From the NCBI GenBank assembly GCA_963841415.1, contig CAWJCN010000001.1, positions 995,334-1,059,333 on the forward strand: a DNA stretch of 64,000 nt, given 5' to 3'. A program made the translations under genes and the position numbers. Below the pieces are notes generated by a model. It searched no databases and was not told the DNA's origin. It saw only the letters and a program-made list of their open reading frames with translations. The DNA comes from an uncultured Actinomycetes bacterium (GTDB lineage: Bacteria; Actinomycetota; Acidimicrobiia; IMCC26256; DASPTH01). This document shows, piece after piece, positions 29,035-38,576 of this stretch; positions within the stretch are counted from its first letter, which is position 1, and every line of letters starts with the position of its first letter.

Positions 29035-30741
29035 TCAGCTCAGCACGTACTCGCCCGGGGCGTCGCCCAACGACGGGTGGAGGTCGCTCCCGGTCGGCGG
29101 CGGTGCACGCAGCTCGCCGCCACGGTCGGCCGCCCACCGGCTCCAGTCGTTCCACCAGGTGTCGCGGTGCTCGCTCGCGCCGGCCTGCCACTGCGCCGCC
29201 TCGCGGGGTAGCGCGTCGTTGGTCCACAGGCGGACCTTCGGGCCCGGTGGCGAGACGATGCCGGCGATGTGGCCGCCCGACGTCATCACGAACCGCATCG
29301 GACCCTTGAACATCTGGGTGGTGCGGTACGACACCGGCCACGGCACGATGTGGTCGTCGACACCGGCGACGATGTACGTGTCGGTGCCGATCTCGGAGAT
29401 CATGAGTCGTTCGCCGAGCGCCGTGTACTCGTCGCGGGCGAGCGCGTTCTCGATGTACGCCTTCCGCAGGAACTCCCCGTGCGCCTTGCCGGGAAGGTTG
29501 GTGGTGTCGGCGTTCCACGCCAGCAGGTCGAACGCGGGTGGCTTCTCGCCGAGCAACCACGAGTCGACGACGTAGCGGAACACGAGGTCGTTGGCCCGGA
29601 GCAGGTCGAAGGTGCGGGCGATGTCCTTCCCGGGGAGGTAGCCGTGGCGCTCCATGCGCCGGCTGAGCGACTCCAGCGTCGCCGGATCGGCGAACACGTG
29701 CGCCATCACGCCCGCGTCGGCGTAGTCGACCGCGGAGTTCAGGAACGTCGAGGAGTGCACGAGGTGATCGCCGCACGCGTCGAGGTATGCGAGGCACATG
29801 GCGGTCATCGTGCCGCCGAGGCAGATCGAGATCGTGTTGACGGTTTCGCTGCCGGTGATCTCGCGCGCCACGTCGATCGCCGTCAGCGGACCGAGGCGCA
29901 GGTAGTCGTCGAACGAGAGCTCGCGCATCGACGGGTCGGGGTTGCGGAAGCTGATCGCGAACGTGGTGTGGCCGTGGTCGACGGCCCACTCGACCAGGCT
30001 CTTGCCCGGCGTGAGATCCGCGATGTAGTAGCGGTTGATCCACGGCGGGATGACCACGAGAGGACGTTCGAACACCTCGTCGGTGGCGGGCGTGTACTGC
30101 AGCACTTCGATGAGGTCGTTGCGGTAGACGACCCGGCCCGGTGTCGCCGCGATGTTGCGGCCGACCTCGAACGCCGAGCGATCGACCTGACTCGGCCAGC
30201 CCTCGTTGCGCAGCATGTCGTGCGCGAAGTTGCGAGCCCCGCGCACGATGCTCGTGCCGCCGGTCTCGAACGCGCGCTTCACGGCACGGGGGTTGGTGAG
30301 TGGGAAGTTGGTCGGCGCGAGCGCGTCGGCGAACAGGCTCGCTGCGAACGCGGCCTTCGACGCCTCGGGCTCGTCGAGATCGGCCGCGTCGACGAGGTCG
30401 CGGATCAGCCGCGTCGCGAGGAGGTAGACCGCGAGGCCGCCGTGGTACAGCAGGTTGTCGTTCCACGTGGGGTCGCGGAACCGGCCGTCGCCCGGCTCGG
30501 GGCGCACGGGTTCGGGGATCGGGTGTCCGAGCACGCGAGTCGCGAGGTGGGCGCCCGTGAGACCCAATCCGGCCCCGTAGCGCACCAGCGCCGGCACCGT
30601 CCGCCAGGGCCGGAACGCGGCGCGGCGCATCGCACCGAAGTAGCCGCGGGCCAGCGAGACCGGATCGGCGGTGTCGATCGCCGCTTCGGTGATGCCGAGG
30701 AGGTCGCCGAGTGAAGTGTTGTCCGCGCCGTCTGCCACCAC
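29035..30741 (-). CDS. phaC: Class I poly(R)-hydroxyalkanoate synthase
   Basis: 568 aa with the lipase-box-like ISICLGGT containing the catalytic Cys. It also has PPWINRYYIADL, and its length is typical of PhaC. Confidence 0.85.
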   Translation of the reverse strand: MVADGADNTSLGDLLGITEAAIDTADPVSLARGYFGAMRRAAFRPWRTVPALVRYGAGLGLTGAHLATRVLGHPIPEPVRPEPGDGRFRDPTWNDNLLYHGGLAVYLLATRLIRDLVDAADLDEPEASKAAFAASLFADALAPTNFPLTNPRAVKRAFETGGTSIVRGARNFAHDMLRNEGWPSQVDRSAFEVGRNIAATPGRVVYRNDLIEVLQYTPATDEVFERPLVVIPPWINRYYIADLTPGKSLVEWAVDHGHTTFAISFRNPDPSMRELSFDDYLRLGPLTAIDVAREITGSETVNTISICLGGTMTAMCLAYLDACGDHLVHSSTFLNSAVDYADAGVMAHVFADPATLESLSRRMERHGYLPGKDIARTFDLLRANDLVFRYVVDSWLLGEKPPAFDLLAWNADTTNLPGKAHGEFLRKAYIENALARDEYTALGERLMISEIGTDTYIVAGVDDHIVPWPVSYRTTQMFKGPMRFVMTSGGHIAGIVSPPGPKVRLWTNDALPREAAQWQAGASEHRDTWWNDWSRWAADRGGELRAPPPTGSDLHPSLGDAPGEYVLS

Positions 30742-30813
30742 GCCGCCTCCTTCTCCGCCTCGCCCGCCCTGCCATCTTCGCGCCGAACCACGGCGCCGGC
30801 GATGGCCGAACGG

Positions 30814-31284
30814 TTACGCGACGATGACGTTCGGTCGACCGAAGCCCTGGGCCTCGCAGAGCGCCACGTACGCCCCGAGCGCGCCGGCGCCGTCGGCCAC
30901 CGACTCGATGGAGCCGTCCTCGGCCAGGTTGAGGTTCACGCCGTACATGTGGAACCAGACCTGCGTGTCGTCCTCGATGCAGGTGAGCGTGTGGATCGAG
31001 CCCGCGGGTTCGTAGAGGAACGACCCGGCCCGGTTCACGTAGTCGTACTCCTTGTACTTCCAGGCCCCCGACGTCGTGTAGCCCCACACCGGCCCGGTGT
31101 GGCGGTGCTTCTGCACCTCGTAGCCGGCCTGGAAGATGTTCTCGACGATCCAGAGGCCTTCCTTCTCGTCGACGTGGAGCACCTTGAGCTTGTTGCCGTC
31201 GCCGATCTCGACGAACGGGAGGTCGGCGGCGCCGAGGTGCAGCGCCTCGGGGGCCGTGGGGAAGGCGGTCTCGATGGCGGTCAT
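30814..31284 (-). CDS. Cupin dioxygenase (2,4'-dihydroxyacetophenone dioxygenase-like)
   Basis: ATG 31284 is preceded by AGGAGGA and overlaps the upstream stop (ATGA). Cupin pattern GYEVQKHRHTGPVWGYTTSGAWKY...EPAGSIHTL. Confidence 0.65.
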   Translation of the reverse strand: MTAIETAFPTAPEALHLGAADLPFVEIGDGNKLKVLHVDEKEGLWIVENIFQAGYEVQKHRHTGPVWGYTTSGAWKYKEYDYVNRAGSFLYEPAGSIHTLTCIEDDTQVWFHMYGVNLNLAEDGSIESVADGAGALGAYVALCEAQGFGRPNVIVA

Positions 31285-31829
31285 GGCAGGTCCTCCTGGT
31301 ACGTGACGTCGGTGCGGTCGCGGGCGCCGAGCGTCCACCCCGTCTCGAACTGGAATCCTCGCGCGGAATCGAAGGGAATGGTGGAGGTCCAGTCGAACGC
31401 GCAGACGCGGGCGGCGATCAGCCAGGGCCCCTCACGGCGCTGGCTTGCTCTCCTCTCGAACCGGTCGACGTAGCGCAGCCCCAGCACCATGTCGGTCTGC
31501 AAGCCGTCGTCGTCCGGCTTCGACACGTGGTGGGCGACGCAGTACGTGTCGACCTTGGCCGAGTCACCCTGGTTCCTGATCCGGGGTGGACCGATGAAGT
31601 GCATCGTCGTCTGGAAGTGCGGGAGCGTGTCGACGACCCACTGCGCGAATTCGGTACCGGTCCCCTGGAACACGTTGTGGTCGTCGGTGCCGTCGGCGTG
31701 ATAGCACGACGCCATCAGCTCGCGATCGAGCCGGTCGGTGCCGCGGGCGAGGGCCTTCACGACGTCGGTGATCTCCTCCCGGGCGAGCAGGTCGTCGACG
31801 GTCAGACCTGTCACCCGGAGCTCACCCAT
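31281..31829 (-). CDS. SnoaL-like / NTF2-fold protein (ring-hydroxylating oxygenase beta-subunit-like)
   Basis: 182 aa with DLLAREEITDVVKALARGTDRLDRELMASCYHADG, typical of the SnoaL_4/NTF2 fold. It overlaps both neighbouring genes. Confidence 0.65.
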   Translation of the reverse strand: MGELRVTGLTVDDLLAREEITDVVKALARGTDRLDRELMASCYHADGTDDHNVFQGTGTEFAQWVVDTLPHFQTTMHFIGPPRIRNQGDSAKVDTYCVAHHVSKPDDDGLQTDMVLGLRYVDRFERRASQRREGPWLIAARVCAFDWTSTIPFDSARGFQFETGWTLGARDRTDVTYQEDLP

Positions 31830-33132
31830 CCTCGGGGCCGATTCCCAGGTACTGCTCGAGCGTGCGGTGCAGGTTGACGACCCGGCACTCCTCGGTGGGC
31901 GACACCGTCAGGTGCGTGAACCCGGGCTGGTGGAGGCCGCGCTGCGTGCGCGCGAAGTTGCCGACATCCTGGTTGAGCACCATGCCGAACGGTGGGTCGG
32001 CCTCGGGCGGGAGCAGCGCGTCGAACGGCTTGGCCCGGAGCGCATCGGCGGCCTGGACCCGCGCGAACGCGAACACGTCCATGTACGCCTCTTCGACGTG
32101 CGTGCCCGGACGGGCGCGCACGACCGAGAGCATGTCGGCGAACACCAGCACGGTGATGTTGGGGAACAGGTTGTACTGCTCCATGTCGAGCACGTGGTGG
32201 TCGCTGTACGACGAGAGGTCGATCCCCTGCTCGTCGTTCACGGCGCGCACCATGCGGGCGAGCATGTCGCGCAACGTCTCGCCCTCGGGGATCGGCGGCA
32301 TCGGTGACGCGTTGTCGTCCACGCCGATGCGCGCGCCCATCACCTCGACGAACGACGCGAACACGTCCTCGTCGTTGCCCGGGCGACCCTGCCGCGGCGA
32401 CGGCAACCCGTAGGACTGCACCAGACGACCGTGGCGCGGCCAGATCACCTGCGGACCGTTCACGTCGTCCGCCATGCCGAGCATCTCGCGGTGGATGCCC
32501 TGCACGTGGTAGGTCTCGCTGAAGCCCTCGATGAGCGTCTTCCAGTTGCAGTCGGCCCGTACCGAGATCAACGCCTGGCACCGGAACTCGTCGAGGTTCG
32601 CCCAGGCCGTCTCGGCGGGCACCGGGTCGAGGAACTCGGCCAGCGACCCCGCGTCGCGATCGAGGTTGACGAACACGAGCGGGCCCCACGTGTCGACCTG
32701 CACCTCGATGAGCGGGTAGTCGTCGTTGAGGACGCCGAACTCGCGCCGCGACGGCACCTCCCGCAGGCGACCGTCGAGTCCCCACGTCCACCGGTGGAAG
32801 GGGCAGCGGATCTCGGCGAGACCGCTGCCCGAACCGCTGCACAGCTCGCTGCCGCGGTGCAGGCACACGTTCTGGAACGCGCGCAGCAGGCCGTCGTCGC
32901 CGCGAACGATCAGCACCGAGTAGCGCCCGACGCGGTACTCGTGCCAGTCGCCGGGGTTGGCGACGTGGTCGACGGTGCAGGCGAGCTGCCAGGCGCGCGG
33001 CCACACGCGCGTCAGCTCCTGCTCGTAGAACTCCGGCGTCAGGTAGCGCGAGACGGGGATCTTCACCGCGGTGACGCGTTCGCGCTTGACCGGTTCCTCG
33101 AGCAGCACGTCGCCCGCGGGCTTGGCCGTCAT
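31822..33132 (-). CDS. Rieske [2Fe-2S] oxygenase, alpha subunit
   Basis: Rieske motif CLHRGSEL...CPFHRW. ATG 33132 overlaps the upstream stop (ATGA). Confidence 0.85.
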   Translation of the reverse strand: MTAKPAGDVLLEEPVKRERVTAVKIPVSRYLTPEFYEQELTRVWPRAWQLACTVDHVANPGDWHEYRVGRYSVLIVRGDDGLLRAFQNVCLHRGSELCSGSGSGLAEIRCPFHRWTWGLDGRLREVPSRREFGVLNDDYPLIEVQVDTWGPLVFVNLDRDAGSLAEFLDPVPAETAWANLDEFRCQALISVRADCNWKTLIEGFSETYHVQGIHREMLGMADDVNGPQVIWPRHGRLVQSYGLPSPRQGRPGNDEDVFASFVEVMGARIGVDDNASPMPPIPEGETLRDMLARMVRAVNDEQGIDLSSYSDHHVLDMEQYNLFPNITVLVFADMLSVVRARPGTHVEEAYMDVFAFARVQAADALRAKPFDALLPPEADPPFGMVLNQDVGNFARTQRGLHQPGFTHLTVSPTEECRVVNLHRTLEQYLGIGPEDG

Positions 33133-34856
33133 CGCATCCCCCTCACGAGCTTGCCCGGGCGGGCGCCGGTCGCTTCGCCGTCGCGCATCGTCTCGTCACC
33201 GGCCACGAACGTGTGACGGTAGCCGTCGGCTCGCTGGATGAGCCGGCGTGCTCCCCCGGGAAGATCGTGCACCAACTCTGGGAGCGACAGGGACAGCGCG
33301 TCGAAGTCGATGACGTTGAGGTCGGCGCGGTAGCCGGGTGCAACCACGCCGCGGTCGCCGAGGCCGTAGACGGCGGCGGTGTCGCGCGTCTGCTTCTGCA
33401 CCACCAGCTCGAGCGGGAGCCGCTCGCCCCGCTCGCGGTCGCGCGCCCAGTGCGTGAGCATGAACGTGGGGATCGACGCGTCGCAGATCGCTCCGCAGTG
33501 CGCGCCACCGTCGGAGAGACCGAGCACCGCATTCGGGTGGAGGATCATCTCGCGCATGTCGTCGAGGTTGCCGTAGCTGTAACCCAGCAACGCCTTCATG
33601 ACGAGCTCGCGGCCGTCGTGACCGAGCATCACGTCGTAGAGCACGGCCTCGGGGTCGCGACCCTCGCGCGCGGCCATGGCCGCGATGCTGCGATCGGGGG
33701 TGGGTTCGTAGTCGGGCGGTTCACCGATCGGAAACATGACGTCGAGGCCGGTGCCGATCACGGTGTCGAGCGGGCTGGCGGGTGACGTCTCGGCGAGGAT
33801 CGCCTCGCGGATCTCGGGCTTGCGCAGCTCCGCCACCCGCGCCGCGAACGGGAGGTGGGCGATCTTCAGGTACGTGGGACGACCGAGGAAGGGATGGAAG
33901 GTCTGGAAGCCGATGAGCATGTTGAGCGGGCGGCCGCCCACCTGCCCGCGGAGGTCGGCGCCGTCGGCGTTGGCCTCCTGGGCCAGGCGCAGGACGTCGC
34001 GCCACTGGTCGGGCGCGAGGTTGTGCTGTGACAGGGCGAAGCTGACGGGCCGGCCGATCGCGGCCGAGAGACGACGCATCCACGCCACCTCGCGCTCGGG
34101 CGCCGAGAGGTCTTCGCCCATGACGCCGGCGGGGGCGAGCTCGAAGAGGCCGGTGCCGAGCTCGCCGAGCACCCTGCCGATGCCGAACAGCTCGTCCTCG
34201 GCCGCGAACGTGCCGGGCACGGGCTCGCCGTCGACCGCCTTGTGCATGATCGTGCGCGAGGTCGAGAAGCCCAGCGCGCCGGCGCGGATGCCTTCGCGCA
34301 CCAGGTCGGCCATCGCCGCGATGTCGTCGGGGGTGGCGGGTTCGTTCTTCGCGCCGCGCTCGCCCATCACGTACGCGCGTACCGCGCCGTGCGGCACCTG
34401 GGTGCCGATGTCCATGACGCGCGGCATCGTGTCGAGCGCGTCGAGGTACTCGGGGAAGGTCTCCCAGCCCCAGGTGATGCCTTCGTTGAGCGCGGTGCCG
34501 GGGATGTCCTCCACGCCCTCCATGAGCTGGATGAGCCAGTCTTCCCGGCCCGGGCGCACCGGCGCGAACCCGACTCCACAGTTCCCCATCACCACGGTCG
34601 TCACGCCGTGCCAGCACGACGGCGTCAGCAGCGGGTCCCACGTGACCTGGCCGTCGTAGTGGGTGTGCAGGTCGACGAAGCCGGGCGTGACGAGCAGGCC
34701 GTCGGCCTCGATGGTGCGCTGCGCGCCCGCGTCGTCGAGGTGGCCGGGTGCGACGACCTCGGTGATCCGACCGTCGTCGACGGCCAGGTCGGCCGGGCGG
34801 GCCTCGGTGCCGGTGCCGTCGACCAGCGTGGCGTCGCGGATCACGAGCTCGTGCAT
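33129..34856 (-). CDS. N-acyl-D-amino-acid deacylase family amidohydrolase
   Basis: ATG 34856 (MHELVIRDATLVDGTG). Patterns PGFVDLHTHYDGQVTWD and MGNCGVGFAP. 575 aa. Confidence 0.8.
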   Translation of the reverse strand: MHELVIRDATLVDGTGTEARPADLAVDDGRITEVVAPGHLDDAGAQRTIEADGLLVTPGFVDLHTHYDGQVTWDPLLTPSCWHGVTTVVMGNCGVGFAPVRPGREDWLIQLMEGVEDIPGTALNEGITWGWETFPEYLDALDTMPRVMDIGTQVPHGAVRAYVMGERGAKNEPATPDDIAAMADLVREGIRAGALGFSTSRTIMHKAVDGEPVPGTFAAEDELFGIGRVLGELGTGLFELAPAGVMGEDLSAPEREVAWMRRLSAAIGRPVSFALSQHNLAPDQWRDVLRLAQEANADGADLRGQVGGRPLNMLIGFQTFHPFLGRPTYLKIAHLPFAARVAELRKPEIREAILAETSPASPLDTVIGTGLDVMFPIGEPPDYEPTPDRSIAAMAAREGRDPEAVLYDVMLGHDGRELVMKALLGYSYGNLDDMREMILHPNAVLGLSDGGAHCGAICDASIPTFMLTHWARDRERGERLPLELVVQKQTRDTAAVYGLGDRGVVAPGYRADLNVIDFDALSLSLPELVHDLPGGARRLIQRADGYRHTFVAGDETMRDGEATGARPGKLVRGMR

Positions 34857-34963
34857 GGGTCCCCCCGGGGAAGTGTGTCGTCGTGGTTGCCTGCTATCTT
34901 GGCACGCCGCAAATGTGCGGCACAAGGGTTGCAATATTCGAACGAACGAGGCACACTGCGGCC

Positions 34964-35839
34964 GTGCCCCGGACCTCCCCACCCACCGAACGCGTCGTCG
35001 CCACGATGGCGCTGCTGGCCGAGCGGCCCGACGCGTCGCTCTCGTTGGCCGAATTGACCCGGCGGCTGGGCGTCAACAAGTCCACCGGGCACGCCATCCT
35101 CACCAGCCTGGCTGCCGCGGGTTGGGTGCTGCGCGACCCCACCCGCAAGACGTACCGCCTCGGTCCCGCCCTCGCCGCGTTCGGGCGCCAGGCCGCGGCC
35201 TCGTTCCCCGCCCTCGACTTCGCCCGGCCACTGCTGGTCGAGCTGAGCGGCGAGTTCGCGGCCACGTGCGCCGCGCTCGGGGTCGACGCCGACTCGGTCA
35301 CGGTGCTCGACCAGGTCGCCGACCCCCGTGCGGCGGCCCACGCGTTCCGTGTCGGGGCGTCGTTCCCCCTGCGGCCCCCGCTGGGCGCGGCGGTGGTGGC
35401 GTGGGCGCCCGCGGCGGTGCGGGCCGAGTGGCTCGGCCACGTCCCCGCCGACACCCGCGCCCACTACGCCGAGGCCCTCGCCGCCACCCACGACCGCGGC
35501 TTCGCGGTCGAGATCGCCGCCACGCCCGTCGCCCGCGTCCGCGAGCTCGTGGGGCTGCTCGGCGACGACGCCGGCGCCCGCGCCGCGCTCGACCGTCTCG
35601 CCGACGAGCTCGCCACCCACGAGGAGTTCCTGGCGGTCGAGCTGGAGCCCGACCGCGAGTACGGCGTCAACGTCGTCAACTCGCCGGTGTTCGACCACAC
35701 CGGCCACGTCACCCTGGTGCTCTCGCTCACCGGCTTCGCGCGCCCGCTGCGCGGTGCCGAGGTCGTTGCCATGGGAGACACCCTCCTCACCGCGACCCGC
35801 GCTCTGACCGACGCCCTCTCCCTCTCCCCCACCACCTGA
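34964..35839 (+). CDS. IclR family transcriptional regulator
   Basis: GTG 34964. wHTH region LSLAELTRRLGVNKSTGHAILTSLAAAGWVLRD, plus a C-terminal effector domain. An AT-richer promoter stretch (GCAATATTCGAACGAACG) lies upstream. Confidence 0.8.
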   Translation: MPRTSPPTERVVATMALLAERPDASLSLAELTRRLGVNKSTGHAILTSLAAAGWVLRDPTRKTYRLGPALAAFGRQAAASFPALDFARPLLVELSGEFAATCAALGVDADSVTVLDQVADPRAAAHAFRVGASFPLRPPLGAAVVAWAPAAVRAEWLGHVPADTRAHYAEALAATHDRGFAVEIAATPVARVRELVGLLGDDAGARAALDRLADELATHEEFLAVELEPDREYGVNVVNSPVFDHTGHVTLVLSLTGFARPLRGAEVVAMGDTLLTATRALTDALSLSPTT

Positions 35840-35898
35840 ACATCTCAGAGTTGGCGTACACCCGTGGGGGTCAACTCTGAGAGGCTCGTGGTCTCGGG

Positions 35899-37617
35899 TC
35901 AGGTGAGTGACGGGGTGGCGGTGTCGCGGCCGGAGCGCAGCAGCTGACCGTTCCGCGCATCCGTGAGGACCCCGTCGCTCACGATGGGCGCGCCGTTCAC
36001 GAGGACGTGCTCGATCCCGTCGGCCTCGGCGTAGAGGCGACCGGCACCGCCGGGCAGGTCCATGCGCATGCGCACGTCGTGGCTCCCGATCGTGTCGGGG
36101 TCGAGGACGACGACGTCGGCCTTCCAGCCCTCCTCGATGCGGCCCCGCTCGCGCAGGCCGTAGAGCTGCGCCGGCGTGTCGGTGATCAGGTTGATCGCTT
36201 CCTCGAGAGGAAGCATCTTCCGCTCCCGGACCGCCTTGCCGAGCACCACGGTCGCGTAGTTGAACGACGCGAGCAGGTCGAGGTGCGCGCCGGCGTCGGA
36301 CGCGCCGATCAGCGCGCGCCGGTCGCGCCACACCTGGATGCGTGCCTTCCAGTCGTCGTCGGACTCGGGCGCGGGCACGGTGCCGAAGCTGGTGTTGAGC
36401 TCGTCGGCCCGGGCGATCGACGTGAGCACCTCCCAGGCGCTGCGGCCCTCCTCCTTCGCGATGTCGCCGACCATTCGGCCCTGGTACTGCTCGTTCTCGG
36501 GCGCGACGACGGCGTGGATCCGCAGGTTCGACCAATTGGCGAGCATCCGCAGCGGGTTCTTGTCGCTCTGCGACTGCTCGTCCAGCTTGGCCAGGGCGTC
36601 CTTGTCGTCGAAGAACTCGAGCTTCTCGTCGAGCGGAAGGCCCATGACGTCTTCCCAGCCGGGCATCGCATCGAGCACGAACCCCGAGCGGAACGAGAGG
36701 TACACCGGGAAGCTCATGGGGACGGTGAGCGCGACGACCCGCCCGCCGTGCTCGCGCGCGTACGTGCCCGCTTCGAGCTTCTGCTCGGCATCGGGGAGGG
36801 TCTTGGCGCTCACGCCGAGCACGTTCCAGTTCAACGGGCGCTGCGCGGCGGCCGACATGGACGCCATGAGCTCGACCGCCCACGGCTCGAACGGCCCGAC
36901 CATCGGGATGAACTCGAGCGACGTGCCTTCGAACTCGCCGACCGTCGCGCAGAGGTCGACGATCTCGTCGCGCGTCGCGAAGCGAGACGGCACCATGTGG
37001 CCCTCGGCGTCGTTGTGCGTGCGCGCCCACGACGACGAGAACCCCAGCCCGCCGGCCTCGAGACCGGCGCGCAGCAGGGCGCGCATCGCGTCGAGCTCGT
37101 CGGGCTTCGCTTCGCGCGCGATCGACTCGTCGCCCATCACCACGCGGCGGATCGCGGAGTGGCCGACCATGAAACCGGCGTTGATGCCGAGGCGACCCTC
37201 GATCTCGTCGAAGTACTCGGCCGTCGTCGTCCAGTTCCACGGCACGCCTTCGCGCAGCGACTCGAGCGGCATGCCCTCGACGCGCGCCAGCATGCGCATG
37301 AGGTAGTCGCCGTCGGCGGCGTCGTCGGACAGCGGGGCGATCGTGAACCCGCAGTTGCCCGCCAGGGCGGTGGTGACACCGTGCAACGGCGACGGCGTGA
37401 GCGCGCCGTCCCAGAACACCTGCGCGTCGTAGTGCGTGTGCACGTCGACGAATCCGGGCGCGACGACCTTGCCGGTGGCGTCGATCGTGCTCGCCGCCTC
37501 CTCCTTCAGCTCGCCGATCGCGACCACGCGATCGCCCTGGATGGCGACGTCGGCGCGCCGACGGGCGCTGCCGGTGCCGTCGACCAGATCGCCTCCTCGG
37601 ATCAGGATGTCGTACAT
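35899..37617 (-). CDS. N-acyl-D-amino-acid deacylase family amidohydrolase (second paralog)
   Basis: 572 aa with MYDILIRGGDLVDGTG, PGFVDVHTHYDAQVFWD and AGNCGFTIAP. Confidence 0.8.
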   Translation of the reverse strand: MYDILIRGGDLVDGTGSARRRADVAIQGDRVVAIGELKEEAASTIDATGKVVAPGFVDVHTHYDAQVFWDGALTPSPLHGVTTALAGNCGFTIAPLSDDAADGDYLMRMLARVEGMPLESLREGVPWNWTTTAEYFDEIEGRLGINAGFMVGHSAIRRVVMGDESIAREAKPDELDAMRALLRAGLEAGGLGFSSSWARTHNDAEGHMVPSRFATRDEIVDLCATVGEFEGTSLEFIPMVGPFEPWAVELMASMSAAAQRPLNWNVLGVSAKTLPDAEQKLEAGTYAREHGGRVVALTVPMSFPVYLSFRSGFVLDAMPGWEDVMGLPLDEKLEFFDDKDALAKLDEQSQSDKNPLRMLANWSNLRIHAVVAPENEQYQGRMVGDIAKEEGRSAWEVLTSIARADELNTSFGTVPAPESDDDWKARIQVWRDRRALIGASDAGAHLDLLASFNYATVVLGKAVRERKMLPLEEAINLITDTPAQLYGLRERGRIEEGWKADVVVLDPDTIGSHDVRMRMDLPGGAGRLYAEADGIEHVLVNGAPIVSDGVLTDARNGQLLRSGRDTATPSLT

Positions 37618-37697
37618 GCCTGCTGTCCTCTCGATCGGGTTGCGTCGAATGTAGACCCCGACGAGGGTCCACTCGGTGGTGCCGTCCTACTGTCGAC

Positions 37698-37891
37698 GTG
37701 ATGGAGATGCAGTGGAGGCGTGGCCGGAGGCCGGGACGCCGGAGCGGAATCGACCAGATGTGATGGAGATGCAGTGGAGGCGTGGCCGGAGGCCGGGACG
37801 CCGGAGCGGAATCGACCTGATGTGATGGAGATGCAGTGGAGGCGTGGCCGGAGGCCGGGACGCCGGAGCGGAATCGACCAGATGTGATGGA
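37698..37891 (+). repeat. Tandem repeat, 62-bp unit x3 plus an 8-bp fourth start, immediately 5' of and running into the nitroreductase start
   Basis: Units start at 37698, 37760 and 37822, with a single A/T difference at 37818. Each unit holds a 20-codon ORF (MEMQWRRGRRPGRRSGIDQM) at 37701-37763, 37763-37825 and 37825-37887. Each TGA shares its A with the next ATG. Confidence 0.95.
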
Positions 37892-38576
37892 ACTGAGCCA
37901 GGCGTTGCGCAGCACCGGTGCGGTCCGCGACTTCACGTCGGAGGCGGTGCCCGACGACGTCGTGTTCTCGCTGCTCGACACGGCCAGGTTCGCACCCAAC
38001 GGCGGCAACCGCCAGGCGTGGCACGTCATCCTGGTGCGCGATCCCTCCATGCGGGTTGCGCTGCGCGACCTCTACCTGCCCGGTTGGTACGAGTACCTCC
38101 CGCAGATGGAGGCCGGACTCACGCCGTTCGCGGCCGTGACCGATGCCGACGCCGAGGCGATCGCCCGGAGCCGCGCCCCCGAGTTCGCCGAACGCGGTGC
38201 CGCGTCCCCCGGCTTCGCCGAGCAGCTGCACCAGGTGCCGGTGCTCATGGTGCTGACCGCCGACCTCCGCAACCTCGCCACGCTCGACCGCGACCTCGAC
38301 CGCTACACGATGGTCGGCGGCGCGTCGATCTACCCGTTCGCCTGGAGCCTGCTGCTCGCGGCCCACGATGCGGGCCTGGGCGGGGTGATCACCACCGTCG
38401 CCATCCGCAAGGAACCCGAGCTGCGCGAGCTGTTCCGCCTTCCCGAGCACGTCGTGGTCGCAGCCGTCCTGGCGTTCGGGTATCCGGCCGGGAAGCGGGC
38501 CACCAAGCTCCGTCGCAACCCCGTGGAGTCGTTCGCCACCGTCGACCGCTACGACGGCGCCGCGTTCACGGTGTCA
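37887..38576 (+). CDS. Nitroreductase family protein; 3' end unresolved (no in-frame stop until 39110)
   Basis: ATG 37887 (or GTG 37884). Patterns AVRDFTSEAVPDDVV, RFAPNGGNRQAWHVILV, GGASIYPFAWSLLLAAHDAGLGG. Family-like sequence ends at ...ESFATVDRYDGAAFTV. Beyond that the frame runs antisense through the methyltransferase gene. Confidence 0.7.

Noticed and set aside
37698-37891. Possible CRISPR array or in-frame protein repeat.
   Set aside because: The repeats are directly abutting with no unique spacers, and no cas genes are present. The 62-bp period is not a multiple of 3, so it cannot encode an in-frame protein repeat.
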